Shown here: positions 25,309-38,134 of the stretch, one piece after another
How positions within the stretch are numbered: position 1 is the stretch's first letter
Layout: every line of letters starts with the position of its first letter
NCBI GenBank assembly: GCA_000182565.2
Contig: KQ257460.1
DNA from: Spizellomyces punctatus DAOM BR117
Taxonomy: Eukaryota
Reading direction: 5' to 3' (one strand)
DNA: 64,000 nt
Notes under the pieces: generated by a model
The model's database searches: none
The model's input: only the letters and a program-made list of their open reading frames with translations
What the model was told of the DNA's origin: nothing
Position numbers and translations under genes: made by a program

Positions 25309-26751
25309 ATGTGGTTGCTGTCAAAGATATGGCACAAAAGAAAGCAAAAGCCTACAAAGACTTCCAAGAAAAAACCTACCAATGCGAAAACCGGCGTGCG
25401 TCCTACCCCCGTCTTTGGACCTCCCAATCAGACGTCCAACACCAACAAGGCACCTGCGATTTCGGATTCAGTGTTGGAACAGGATCCAGAAGAGAGGGTA
25501 CTAGATCAAGCACCGACACTCCCACCTTTGATCAAAGTATCTGATGTTGATGAGGGGATTGACATCCCGGCTGTGGACCATCTAGCAGTGACCACTGCCG
25601 ATGACCTGGTACCAAGCAAAGCTTCTCGAAAGAGCTGGGAATCCGATGAGACGCATAGAATTGAGTCTGATGAGGTCACCATAAAACAATTCGACAACCA
25701 TGACAAGAGTGAGGACATCAAAGATGGGAAGGAATGTGCGCACGAACTGCCGAGGTGTCCAGCTATTGATATCTCGCCACCCCGAAGTGCCGGCTCAGAC
25801 GAACTTTCCGGAAACACGGTCAATAATGATTCTCTCTTACTTTCGGAACCACTCTCAGGATATTCATGCGATGAGTCTTCCGATGAAGGAGAGGACGACA
25901 TCTCAGTTACTGCTTCACTACTCGATGAATATACAACCGCTGATCGGGATCGACGCCCTTCAATGTGCTCTGCTTATGAACCGAGGCGGCAAGGCCCTTG
26001 GATTCGTCCGAAACACAGCAGTCCAGAAATGTCATACTGGCGCTCAAGTCATTTGTGCCGGACAAGTTTGGACGCGTTGAGACACCCGTCGAATGACCCA
26101 ATTTCGCATAGACCATCTCCCCTTGCGATACCGTTGAACGCCAGCCCAGTCGCGATAGATAATCAGTTCTGGTCCGCTCCGATCGATGCGCAATCGCTCC
26201 GTGCATATAGCGTGTGTGAAAATGTAAACACACGAGGACGTGCATGCAGCATTGACGAATTTCGATCCTTGAATAATTTCGATATGGACCCTACTCATCG
26301 ATCTCCTATGCCTGGTGAACTACTATTATCCTCAGACGCCATTACCTCTCCCGAAGACCTGGCCATGTCAGCTCGCAAAATCCTGGATGAAATACTCGTG
26401 ATTGCAGCAAGCGTCATGGAAAATGCTATACAACATCAAGAAGCGCAGGACCGTCAAAATGTTCACAGATATTCCCATGTTACCCCGTCACGGCAACGCT
26501 CTCTTCACATTCCGCGCACCACCCAATATTTTCACTCACTGGCGTGTTACCGCCTCCTACGATCCTCTCTTTCCAAGATTGAGGCACAAAGGCAAGAGAT
26601 GGGTGGGGCGAATGCGTACAGGATGGCTAGAGCTCTGGGCCCATTTGAGGATATGTATGAAGAGATAGTTAAGGGAGATATTCGATTTGATAAGCTGGTC
26701 AATCACTTGTGCGCAGGAGAAGGTGGTAATCCTCCCATTGGGAGACCTTAA
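25309..26751 (+). CDS. Hypothetical protein (~480 aa, single exon, mostly disordered with helical C-terminus)
   Basis: Long uninterrupted ORF from ATG 25309; Ser/Asp/Pro-rich; no motif recognised. Confidence 0.65.
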   Translation: MWLLSKIWHKRKQKPTKTSKKKPTNAKTGVRPTPVFGPPNQTSNTNKAPAISDSVLEQDPEERVLDQAPTLPPLIKVSDVDEGIDIPAVDHLAVTTADDLVPSKASRKSWESDETHRIESDEVTIKQFDNHDKSEDIKDGKECAHELPRCPAIDISPPRSAGSDELSGNTVNNDSLLLSEPLSGYSCDESSDEGEDDISVTASLLDEYTTADRDRRPSMCSAYEPRRQGPWIRPKHSSPEMSYWRSSHLCRTSLDALRHPSNDPISHRPSPLAIPLNASPVAIDNQFWSAPIDAQSLRAYSVCENVNTRGRACSIDEFRSLNNFDMDPTHRSPMPGELLLSSDAITSPEDLAMSARKILDEILVIAASVMENAIQHQEAQDRQNVHRYSHVTPSRQRSLHIPRTTQYFHSLACYRLLRSSLSKIEAQRQEMGGANAYRMARALGPFEDMYEEIVKGDIRFDKLVNHLCAGEGGNPPIGRP

Positions 26752-27052
26752 GGCAGGGCGTGGCGTTATCATAGGTGATTCGTAGGTTTTTGTTTTGATC
26801 GGGTCTGTTGAGACCAACTATCGTATAGCTTTTCTCGGTGTAATTACATTTAGTCTCCTTTTTCGACCATGCATGCAGATCAGTCTAGTGTTCTTGCACA
26901 ATCTATATAGATCTGTATGCCTGTAATTAATGAATATATATCTCAGATGACCTCGAAATGTGCCGTCCGGAATAAGCGCAGAGATTTTGGGAATTTTGTC
27001 CAAGTATTGTACATTGGGCAATTATATAACATTTCCCTCTGAAAGAGTCTGG

Positions 27053-27124
27053 GCCCGCTTAGCTCAGTGGTAGAGCGTGAGGCTTTTAACCTTAAGGTCG
27101 TGGGTTCGACACCCACAGCGGGCG
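27053..27124 (+). tRNA. tRNA-Lys(UUU), copy 4
   Basis: Identical to copy 1; T5 run at ~27144. Confidence 0.95.
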
Positions 27125-27444
27125 TATGTATCCTTCGGCGTCGTTTTTGCACCACATGTTCGCAACATGTGGGGCGGTTTACGCCTCCACATCCGCTTCC
27201 TTCTTGCCTTTGTCTCCCTGTTAGTAGGCAAATGCGGATTATCAAAACTAGCGTGAGACGGCCAGTTGCTTTTTTCAACACCCTCATATCTGGTCATTTG
27301 CACTTTCCGAACAATATATACACAGTGTTTAATTGAAAAAAAAAAAAAAGATTTGACCCCGCAAATCGAAATAATCTATATACAATACAGTGTCAAACTG
27401 CACAATAAAATATACACATTCCAAAAAAAAAAGGAAAACGCAAA

Positions 27445-29436
27445 CTAAATTTGCACCCACTTGCCCAATTCTTGTTCTCGCAGATTGGCATTTCCAGTAG
27501 GTCCCATCACGGGTACAGTCTTTTTCCGTCGTAACCCATGCACGACATCCTCAATTAATCTTCTCCAATCTCTTAAAAGAGCACGCTGTACGCCAAAAAT
27601 GAGGAAAACCCAAAAGCCGACTAGACCTGCTACTGCATAGGCCGCAATGACCATCCCATAGGATGGCATGAAGGTGGCGAATCTCTTTGCACATGTAGCG
27701 TGCGCTGTTAATGGTGGTTGGGTGAGCATGCAGGCTAAGAAGCCGCGTACTTCCGGGGTAGAGGGTTTGATGGATGAGATCGCGTTGGTCAGAATTTGAT
27801 AAAAAACCTGGATAGTTCACGAGGTTAGATAAAAGTGTTTTGTGCACCGTCGCTACGGCAAACGAGGAAAAAATAGACTACTCACAAAGTAGGTGACATA
27901 GGTTGTCAAAAAGACAGCACCCAACAGCAATGCTCTCCAGTTCAACTTGACCAACTGCATGATCTGCCTTCGGGTGCTCATTGTTGTAGATGCTCCACCG
28001 CTAACTGAACCAGGCTTATCCATCTCATATGGCTCATCCTGACTGTGAATCGATGACGCCCGTCGGGCAATCCGCGCAATATGGACAAAGGTCACCAAGT
28101 TGGCGAAAACAGTTGGTATGATCAACACTCCTTGCACACCAAATACGTGTTTAATGGCTGAATCGCTGGCGACGAAGCAAAGGGCGCCTGTGGAGGCGTC
28201 AATGTCGTTCATGATCACTGCGATCGTAGTGAGGATAGCTGGAAGGCCCCAGCACGCAATCAGGCCGACAGGTTTGTATCGATCCAAAATTGTGGATTTG
28301 TGAACGATCGTAAAGTGCCTACATATTAAGTGTTAAAAACGAAATTCCTTGACAGTCCTCCTGAGAGAAATGCGTAACGTACAGGTTCCATATCATATAA
28401 CAGCCCCAAAACACTGTGGCATGCACGCCGAGTAAAACCCACGCTGCTTGTAGCCCACACAGCTTATTGTTGAAAGCGTTGCTTCGACTCACGCCATCTG
28501 CTGCACATTGAATATTCCTCACATTCGGCAACGTCCAGAGAGAGACACCCATCCATATGCAGGCCGCAATGGCAAAGTGTAACACAATGTCTGCTGGGTG
28601 TTCTCGTCGTCCAGGTAGAACAGCGTACGAGACAACGACGTATAGAGACAGAATAAACGCTACTAGGTGTACAATCTGGTGCACCCTGACTTGCGTATCA
28701 AATTCGCCTGGTGGATGCAGAAACTCCTCAGCAGGACAGGGGGCACAGCAAGGCCCGTTGCAAGTATCGGGCCCTCTTGATAGGGGCCAGTACGGATTGC
28801 GAATGAGTGGATATTTACATGGAAAGTCATTGACTATTAGAGCAAGAGTGTGATGTTAGCGCCATCATTCGGGTAATATACTTTTCCGCCATAATACATA
28901 CCGACGACGGCAAGTTGTTCTTCAGATTTTACACAGGTCCCTCCACTGACGGTGTCATCCACCAAAGGTCTTGTTCGCCCGAACGCTGCATCTGTAGCGC
29001 CATCACATGCGGGCAATGCGAACGCAATACCAGCGCTTTCGAGCACAGGTTGACACAGATCAATCACTTTTTGGCAACTGCTTTTACAGACTCTTTCTTC
29101 AGTTGGCGTAGTCTGCGTCTGGTTTGCCTCACATCGTGGTAGTTTTTCAGCGCACAAGAAGGCCTGGAGAGCAGACCCGCATTGAAAGTTCAGAAGCTGG
29201 ATATCAAGGAGTTTCCCTGCGAGTGGCGATGTCTGGAAGGCAGCTTCAAGAACGAGGCTTGCATTTCGGGGCACAGAGGTCTGGTACGTTATACCATAGG
29301 CACTACATACGCCTCTATATGGGCTTGGTGTGCATGTCGCTTGGGATGAGGCTGGAGGTGTAAGGAGGACGAGGACGAGGATGAGGGCGAAGAGGACGGA
29401 TGAATGCAGAGTGTTCAAATGTCCCCTTAATGACAT
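27445..29436 (-). CDS. Frizzled/Smoothened-like 7TM receptor with N-terminal Fz cysteine-rich domain
   Basis: Signal peptide; CRD-type Cys pattern (CGSALQAFLCAEKLPRC...VCKSSCQKVIDLC...LPAC); linker CCAPCP; TM motifs HPADIVLHF, CGLQAAWVLLGVHATVFW, WGLPAILTTIAVIMNDIDASTGALCFV. Three introns. Confidence 0.85.
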
Positions 29437-31541
29437 GAGTGCTGACAGAAAGCGTTGTGATATCCTTTAATGTAAAAACAATGGTGAGAAAGAAGTTGAA
29501 GGCTCTTTTTGTTATGTTGTCCCAAAGAGAGAGAAGCAATAGAAAAGAGTGGCGTGCCAACCTTTAAAGTTCCTCCTTTCTTTTGCCTCAAAAACAGAGG
29601 AAAAGTGTTGCTGTCACAGAAAAGAGGCCAGTTGGTTGCTGTGTGTGTGGTGTGTGGTGGTGGGGGAGAAGAAGGCGTTTGAATAAAAAAATCAGGCGAG
29701 TAAAAAGCTGTGGCCACCAACCCATAAATTGTCTCCAATAGTTAAAGAGAGAAGGAAAACCCTTTGAACTTGAGTAATCAAAAGCCAGTGTAAAGAGAGA
29801 ATTAGTGGACCGGGTCCTTTCCCTCTCCATACCAGCTGCCAGCAACCAAAAAGTCATTTGAAAGAGGAAGATTAGTAAAGAATGTCACAGCCATGAGAGA
29901 AGAAAGAGAGGGTTAGCCGTTTGAACTCTTGAGCCGTTGTTTCAAAGTGCCCCCCAACGCCCAAATGTTCCCATACTCTACTTTTTTTTCCAAAAAGGCA
30001 AACAACGCGTTTTGCTTGCAAGTTGAAAGAAACCAGAGAGGAACGCCACGCTTTTCTTTTTATTACTATTGGCCGCAAGTTTAAAGTTTGTGGCGGCAGG
30101 ATTCTTTTTTGAACCATCTTTACCAGCAACCCTTGCATCATTAATATGAACACAGCAAATACACATGGTACAGATGGAATGATGGGACAGGTCAGAGCAG
30201 TTTGTCTCCGTGTCCTTCAAATGGGACTGGGTGAATCGTTTCCTCACAGCGGCCAGTAGTGTTGTTTCGCAACCAATGACCAATGTAAAGGATACAGACA
30301 GTAATGCAATTGTTTTTTTTTTTTTTTTTTTTGCACGAAACGCATATTTCCACAATGTACCATAGCCAGGAAATGCACCGCAGAGTCTGGTTGTCGGCGA
30401 GATATAATAATCTTTAGGGAAACTCGAGGCAGGGTCGTAAGGCTGTGAATACCAAGCTATTCCTCCAAAAGATCATTAGAAGCCTCCTTGTAATGCACAC
30501 AAAGAAAGGACGCTCCGTCCTCTTGGCTCATATGAATTATTGGACAGCACCTGCTACAAGGAGATATACCCATGGACATTATTACAAAATAAAAAGAGTT
30601 TCGCATCCCAAAACCATGTCCCCCTCACATGTCACTCATCGGAGCTTGCGTTTTGGATACATCTCCCAGTGCTGCCGAGTCTTCTACCCGATCCAACACT
30701 TGCAGGTTCTAAGCCAAAGGTAACCCAAGTTGCTGGACCTGTCTTGGTGTCCGTTTTGAATGTAAGAGTGGGAGATGGACTTGACGGCCTGTAGCAAGTT
30801 TAGTTGGCGCTCGCCAAGAAAATTAAATATTTATGAAACGCATCGAGGCCCGGTTGCTGTAAAGGACATGACCGTAGGAAATTAATTGCAATGTGAGGCG
30901 GAATTCTTGAATATGAAACGATCGCAGATGGACTGCAGTCCAGCGCGAGACATTTACATCACCAATAGTGATACGGAGGAGTATGTTCAGTGAGATATTT
31001 AACCACGAAGAGTGCTCATGTCCAAAAATGGATAATCCCGGCTCAAATGCAATAGATTCCTCTAGACATCACGAATGCTCTTGGTAAGATGCTGTTCTTA
31101 CAACCGATTCAGACAGCCATTGACAGCGTTCTGGGACGTACTCTTCGAGGAGGACACGGATAGAAACATTTAACGGGACAGGTAGCTCCTCATGGCGGTT
31201 GTTGGGCCGAATCTTATCCCCAGTATATTTCGTACGATTTCTACATGATTTTGTTTTTAGAAAAATAGCGGTCTGCATGCATAGCAAAATCACAAGGCAG
31301 GAGACGGGCAGATGGCACAGTTCGCGGATGTTTACGTAAGCAGAATGTTTCGATTTTTTCCTTTTGTTCTGCGACTGGGCTTACAATACTTACGGAAAGC
31401 CGCCATTATTATTCTTCTCGTGAGGGTCCGATTGTGGATCAGCACCTGGGCGTGATTCATGTCCCTCGGGCATGGAACGCTTAAAAGGAGTAGGGGAGAG
31501 TACCTCCCCACCGTTATCTGATACCTATTCGACCAAAGTTC

Positions 31542-32767
31542 ATGGAAGGCACACATAGACCCCTCGCTGTCCCATTTCACATTGCAGCAGCAGCGGCTTC
31601 GATGCCAATGACATCGCCCTCCGCTCGGCAGATGGCTGCTTGGATGACACGCGCGCGAGGGCGGTGGGAGGAGCTACATGTGCCAAAGTTCAAGAGACAC
31701 AGTGCTTTGGCGGATTTGGTGTTTGGATCGGCGGCGGGTCTGACGAGCAAGTTGGTTGAGCATCCATTTGATACCATCAAAGGTGCGTTTCCAGACATAA
31801 AGTAACGTTGGTTTGGGCAAAAGTCTGACCGCAGTTCTTTTGTGGTAAATTATAGTGCGTCTTCAGACTCAACCCGTTGGAGGAGGAGCACGTATGTATG
31901 CAGGTTCATTGGATTGCCTGCGAAAAACCATTGCTGGCGATGGTCCAGCTGGCCTGTTTCGCGGAATCGCTCCACCTGTAAGTGCCAAGTTATCGTCTCC
32001 CTCGATCAGTCATTATCTAATATCAGTGGTCAACGCTATGACAATAGTTGGTCGGATCCATGTTGGAACACGCTGTTCTCTTCTCCGCCTATGTCGGATT
32101 TAAGCCTGTTGTGCACTCTGTTCTCGCGGGCGATCCAGTTTCCAGCGCCGACGGCAATTACACGTACACAGATATTGCAGTCTCGGGCGCGTTAGCAGGG
32201 GTCTTTGCATCCTTCGTCCTGACACCACTGGAACTTATCAAATGCAAGCAGCAAGTGTCAGAATCTCCCTCATCCAGCGGTCCTGCCACGTCCCGATCGA
32301 GTATTGCCATTGCCCTCGAAACACTAAAGAAGAATGGTATATCCGGTCTTTTCCGAGGCCAGACTGGTACTCTCCTTCGCGAGATGGCCGGGGGTGCTGC
32401 CTGGTTCGGAATCTATGAAATCGCTTGCAACACTTTTGCCTCCAACACGCGCAAGAGAGAAGAGTTAAAGCCTTGGGAGCTGATGCTTTCCGGTTCTCTT
32501 GCTGGAATCGGCTACAATTCTGCCTTGTTCCCAGCGGATGTCGTCAAGAGCATTCAACAGACTGAAGAGGAGATGGCTCGCTTGAACAGCACGTTAGGGA
32601 CAGCCGTGCGACGACGAGCTTTTATGGACGTTGCGAAAGGGTTGTATCATGGAGAAGGTATCAAGGGGTTTTATAGAGGCTTTGGTGTTACCCTTTGCCG
32701 GTCCGTCCCGGGCAGCGCAATTATTGTGGCAACCTATGAGCTCATGTCAAAATACTGTGCCGAGTAG
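31542..32767 (+). CDS. Mitochondrial carrier (SLC25), ornithine/basic amino-acid carrier-like
   Basis: Three carrier signatures PFDTIK|VRLQ, PLELIKCKQQ, PADVVKSIQQ; LLREMAGGAAWF; two introns. Start uncertain. Confidence 0.9.
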
Positions 32768-33404
32768 TCAGGGGGTAGTATAGGTTGGATGATATCCCTT
32801 TTTTTTGGCTTTTGCGCAATGTACATAGGTAGAGAGATTAGATACGTCTTCAGGATTAGACTAGTCAATACATTTGTCCAATTATGATTTATTTCTGGCT
32901 TGACCCTTTCAGCACTGAATCATGATTGCCCCATAGTACACACGAATTGGCGTGTTTCCACGTATTTAAGGATGAAGAAAGAAACAATTACTTTGGAGTT
33001 CCATCAAATAACGCATAATACTCAATGGATGAAACGGTGCATCTCTATCTTTTATTTAGCCACGGGCGGCCTTCACGTCCGGGAAAAAGTCTTTGTAGGA
33101 AAAGTCCAGGACTTGCTTCCGTTTGGTATGGTTGGTATGTATGCTGTGATAAGGACTACACCTGTCAACACAACAACTTATAATAAACCAGGATCATTGA
33201 GAACTGGAACATATTCTCTCACCTGTCACCTAACCCTATCCATCATGGTCTATACTTCAGTGGCCAGTGAACCGCACAGACAGCCAAATGATCGGCGATT
33301 ACATCAGCGTATTTGACACGTCAAAAAGCCTTGTCAAAAGCTGCGATGATGCCTGTTGCCACTTGCTGCTCATTGCGAACAAAACAGAGTAGACTGCGAG
33401 AAGA

Positions 33405-34128
33405 ATGGAAGCAGAAGCATCTAGCGCCGGAAAAAAACGAAAGCATCCCGACAATGACATCATAACTCTGAATGTCGGTGGGTCGGAATACACGACAACA
33501 GTGACCACCCTAACATGTCGCTATCCCGAGTCGTTCTTTGCTACCTTGGCGCGTTATCATGTTGAACACGAGCAGCCTTTCCGAGCCGCCATGAAAGACA
33601 ATGATGGACGATTATTCCTGGACGCTGACGGTCCGTCATTTGGCATGCTTTTGAACTTTTTAAGATCCGGTTGTATGGATTTACAACAATGCCAGGTGAA
33701 TATGTTATACCCGTTTTTGGATGCTATTAGACTCTGGGTTACAAATGCATGCTTCGATTAGATTTTGGAAACTCTTCGCGCAACTGCGGACTATTACAAT
33801 CTGCCTGAGGCAGTGCGTCAAATTGACCTTGAAATATCCCGTCGAGACAAAATCTCCTACTTGGAGGAACAAACCCGGTCGCTTCGCAAACAACTCAAGC
33901 AATTGAGAGAGTACGTGGAAAAGATCAAACCAGGAAAATTGGTTGATCCAAAGTTTGCCAGAATGGGTGAGAAAGTGCAGAGCACATTGGTTCGGTTATC
34001 GGTGCAACAACCACGATGTGGAAAGATTGTTGGAATCAGGCAGGATGAGGTGTGGGTGCAATGGGAAGATCGATCTGTCAGCATCTGTAGATTGCGGGAG
34101 AAAACCGGCGTAGGTTTGAAATACGTGT
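33405..34128 (+). CDS. BTB/POZ (KCTD/T1-type) protein with coiled coil and small C-terminal beta domain
   Basis: IITLNVGGSEYTTTVTTLT...YPESFFATL...FLDADGPSFGMLLNFLRSG|...ADYYNL; intron ~33696..33761. Confidence 0.85.
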
Positions 34129-34378
34129 GATGTTTAGACCTTTTGTGTTGCGCGGCGCCTATGAATTTTGTCGGAGCAGCTTCCATATATATATATATGT
34201 CAGAAAGTACCATACAACGGATATTCTCATGTACCTGCGAAACTATTCGCATATGAGAGGAGTAATATACAGAATAAATTACCAATATCGCAAATCTAAA
34301 ACTTGCGAAAATCATCGAAGCAGAGTTCGAACAACAATGAGGTCTTTGGCATGAGTTGGCCTGGGTCATAGAAAAGTG

Positions 34379-35833
34379 TTATCGCGCTTTATAGCGACGT
34401 ACACGGAATCGCCGATGCAGGGTTGGCGGAGTCGTTGGGGGTGGTCTATCAGGACAAAGAGGATATCAACAAGTATTTTTCATTCAAAAGATGCAGCTGG
34501 TCGTACCTCGGTATTAGGTGCGGGTTGTGAGGAGGAAGAGAAGGCAATTGTACATTTTGAGGAATTGATTTGGACGGTCCATTCGTCCATTCTATGCTAG
34601 GTGGTGTGAGCGGATCAGCAATGGAGGACCGTTGTGGGGCTGTCGGCTCCGTGACTGTCGCAGAGCTAACCGTCTTGCTCAGGCTGACTCCAGGATCGCC
34701 TGGCAAGTCTCGCAACATTTTTTCTATCCGTTTATAGTCCACTGGATCTTCATAATCCAATCCTGCTAGATATTTCCACATCTCTACCATGGGAGAAGGT
34801 AGACCGTAAGTTACGTGTCCCTCTTTTCCAACATCCGCTTCGTGATAGGCAGCCTTAATAGTTGCAATTCGGTCCTTTTCTTTTCCTCGCCAAGGTAATG
34901 AGCCAGTGATGAACTCCACCAGCAGATAAAAAAATGTCCACATGTCATCTACAGGTCCGAGGTCTTGACCTTTGTGTGCTCGAAGTGAGGCATAGCGGGA
35001 GGTACCACGAAATCCTACTTTTGGTCGAGCCTACAAGAGTATTCATCAAGTTTCCAGACAGGCATCAGAGTCACAAACAGGGAATTGTAACCGACCTCTC
35101 TGATTGTGCCATATCCATTTAGGAACTTTCTAGACAGCCCAAAATCAATCATATACACCCTTGCTCCGGCGAGCGGTTTATCCAGCGAATAATCTGGCCC
35201 GACGCAAAAGTTTCCTGGTTTGATATCCCGATGCACAACACCGATGCCATGTAGCGCTTGAATGGCTTGTAACATCTGAAGAGCGAGCTCGGTCACAGTC
35301 TGGAGCGGGAAACGATGACCGGGAGTATTTCTGCGAATTTCAGACAGACTAGAAATATGCCAAAGAACAGGGTGGATATCGCAGGTCTGTCGTTAATGTC
35401 ACTGCATGTGCAACCTACTTTGGTCCCAATAGCTGCATCACCATAAAGTGATACACCGGTAGCGGCTTTGCATCCTGTCCAGCCTTCTTCTCGGTATCAT
35501 TGCTCGTAATTGCAAATCTTCCAGATCCAACAAATTCAGCAATCCAATGACTCGAATTCGACCCGGCAACACCCAGCTTCCTCAATATTGCAATCTCCAA
35601 TTTCAAGACCTGCTTCTTACTCGTAGGCGGCTCAATTTTAATAGCGACAGGCTTCTGGGTATGGAGATCAAATGCAGAATGAACTTCTCCAAAAGCACCC
35701 TTTCCGATTGGGTGAAGCTACAAAAAAAACCACATGTTAGTTTGTGAATGATTGCAATGACACGATGATCTATACGAACAATTTTCCACCGCTTGTGAAT
35801 AATAACTCCTTCTAGGTTGGGAGTAGAGGACAT
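34379..35833 (-). CDS. TTBK: Tau-tubulin kinase-like (CK1 superfamily)
   Basis: IGKGAFGEV, VAIKIE...KQVLKLEIAILRKL, MQLLGP, HRDIKPGNF, YMIDFGLSRKF, FRGTSRYAS, GPVDDMW, GSLPWR. Multiple introns. Confidence 0.85.
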
Positions 35834-36831
35834 GGACGAGGTACAATTGACGGCCGTAAGCATTCTGCATTGGGCTGCAGTTGCTCCCAAGTTCCTCTGG
35901 GCTTTGCTATGTAAAAACAGATGATGACAGAGCTAAGGTCCGTGCGCAGCAAAACGCGTCCTCGTAAGCGTTCGAATATGACGCGGTGCAAGGATCTGGA
36001 CCCGTGTTCCCCGTGTGGGATGCACTATTGTTTGCTGTTTCTGAGGGTTAAAGCAGACTGGTTCGATAGGACCAATGGCCACTAGTTACGCACTTGGTTC
36101 AACCTTCAACATGTATCGACCCAGGCATTTGGTCACTAACTCTTCTGGCGCTTGGGAGTCGCGACACACATGTTAGCGCTCGTAACTCGGAAGCTGTAAG
36201 TCTCTGACATCTGGATTCATTGGCTTCATTCAGACTTAGAGAGCAAGGGTGCTCCGCTATCAGAGGAAATTAAACCTAGTGTGACTCATGCACAAAAGTC
36301 TGTTCTGCAGCTTGAATGCCTTACAATATTGCTTTCCACTGTCCAATAAGCCAACGTACAAAAAAAAGCGAATTTCGACTGCCCAGTGTGACATGTATGA
36401 TACCTCTGGGGCTACGAAAACACCAATGCGTGAACTGATTGCAGATTGGCACCAGATCATTGCAATGATACGCGCTGTTTCTCCATTCTATGCGCATGAT
36501 ACAGCCTTCGGAGTAGATGGGCGGATATCATAGAATTCACATCAATAAAGTTCGCTTTTCTATTCTATTCATTGGACAAATTCCGTGGATCCAAAAGGCA
36601 CTCAACCTGCAAGGCTGGGAGGTGGGAAACGAGATCCCTCTTACCGGTCGTCACAGTCGAAAGTCATTGAGAGATATTTTGTCCCCATGGTTCCTTGCGT
36701 TACTAATGGGCTTGAATTTCCCATGACTTGGAAACTTTAATTTAAAGTGACGCGTGGCTTGAATGTGGGGTGGGGTAAGATCTCTGACCTCGACCATTTA
36801 GTCATTGCATTCTGAACTACCTTCCACGCCA

Positions 36832-38134
36832 ATGACATCTCAGCTGGACACTCTTCTCAATGTGTTGCGAACGACAACTGTCGCCGGAGTCTCGCTTTCG
36901 ACCATACTTCAAGGAGCGGCCATAGCTATCATTGGTTCGTTTGCCATTTCAAAACTGTCTGGCAAGAAACGTACCGTGGACGCTGCGAAAAAGCCTCGTG
37001 ATACTGTCCTGCTTTATCAATTCTACACATCAGATAAGGCTAAAGTTCAACTGGTATGCCATGGGCGTTTTGTCGGACTCTTGGATCTCCGAAAATGAAA
37101 TTGATAGTTCTTGTTCGTTTTAGTCTCCGCCCTGTTTGAAGCTGGAGGCATATCTGAGGGTCAACAAAGTTCCCTACAAAGACTGTCGTGTACACTCTCC
37201 CGCAGGATCTCCTAAAAAGACGGCCCCATATGGTATGTATCTTTACCTTGTAATGTTTGGACTTGCATTATCCTTCTTGCTCATAATCCGATTTCTTAGT
37301 CGAGTACAATGATATGGGAATGGCTGACAGCACGTTGATTATCGACTGGCTTGAGAAAAATGGGGTAGTTTCTCCCATGGATGCGCATTTAACGCCTGGT
37401 AACCGCAATCTTTGGCGCGTTCCCACATGTTCAATTATTGACAATGGCCTTACAGTCGAAAAGGCGCAGGTTGAAGCATTTCGGTATCTATTCGAAGAAG
37501 GACTCTACTGGCAGGTAGTTAGTTCAAGCTATCTACAAGAACATCCAATCATATTCTCATCATTCGCATCCCAGATGTTGCATTCTCGTTGGCAGCACGA
37601 CCCAAATTGGGCATTCGTTCGCAATTTGTTCTTTTTCAAGGTTCCTGGCATTTTCAAGTATATTCTAGCTTTCCTCGTTCGCAGAGGTCAGGTTAAGGCC
37701 TTGAAAACACAGAAAATCGGACGCCATACTTTTGAAGAGACTCTAATCTTTAGTGGCAAAGTAATCCAAGGTATGGTCCCATTACAAGACATGTGTCTTG
37801 TTGCAACCTCGCTACATTGCTATTTAAATTGAACTAATCAAATGTAACAGCTGCATCGGACTTGCTTGGTGATAAAAAGTACATGCTAAGCAACACACGA
37901 ATGTGTAGTCTGGATATGATCGCATTCGCCAACCTGTCCAATGTGTTGTACCTGGATCTACCTGATTCGCGAATGCAGCAACAAGTGGTGAGCAACTATT
38001 TTACAGTCAAATGCAAAAGCGAGTAGTTCTTTAAATCATTGAATTGGGTACCCCATTAGGCCGCCAAGAAGAATTTAGTAGACTACTGTGATCGAATGAT
38101 GGCTGAAATATTCCCTAATGGCTATGGCCGTTGA
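36832..38134 (+). CDS. Metaxin-like/FAX-type glutathione S-transferase-fold protein
   Basis: N-terminal membrane anchor; SPPCLKLEAYLR, GSPKKTAPY, ADSTLIIDWL, EEGLYW, LLGDKKYML, NLVDYCDRM across ~7 exons. Confidence 0.85.

Noticed and set aside
30450-31460. Possible multi-exon minus-strand gene (fragments such as RNRTKYTGDKIRPNN...LLEEYVPERCQWL)
   Set aside because: Could not build a consistent spliced frame or recognise a family.
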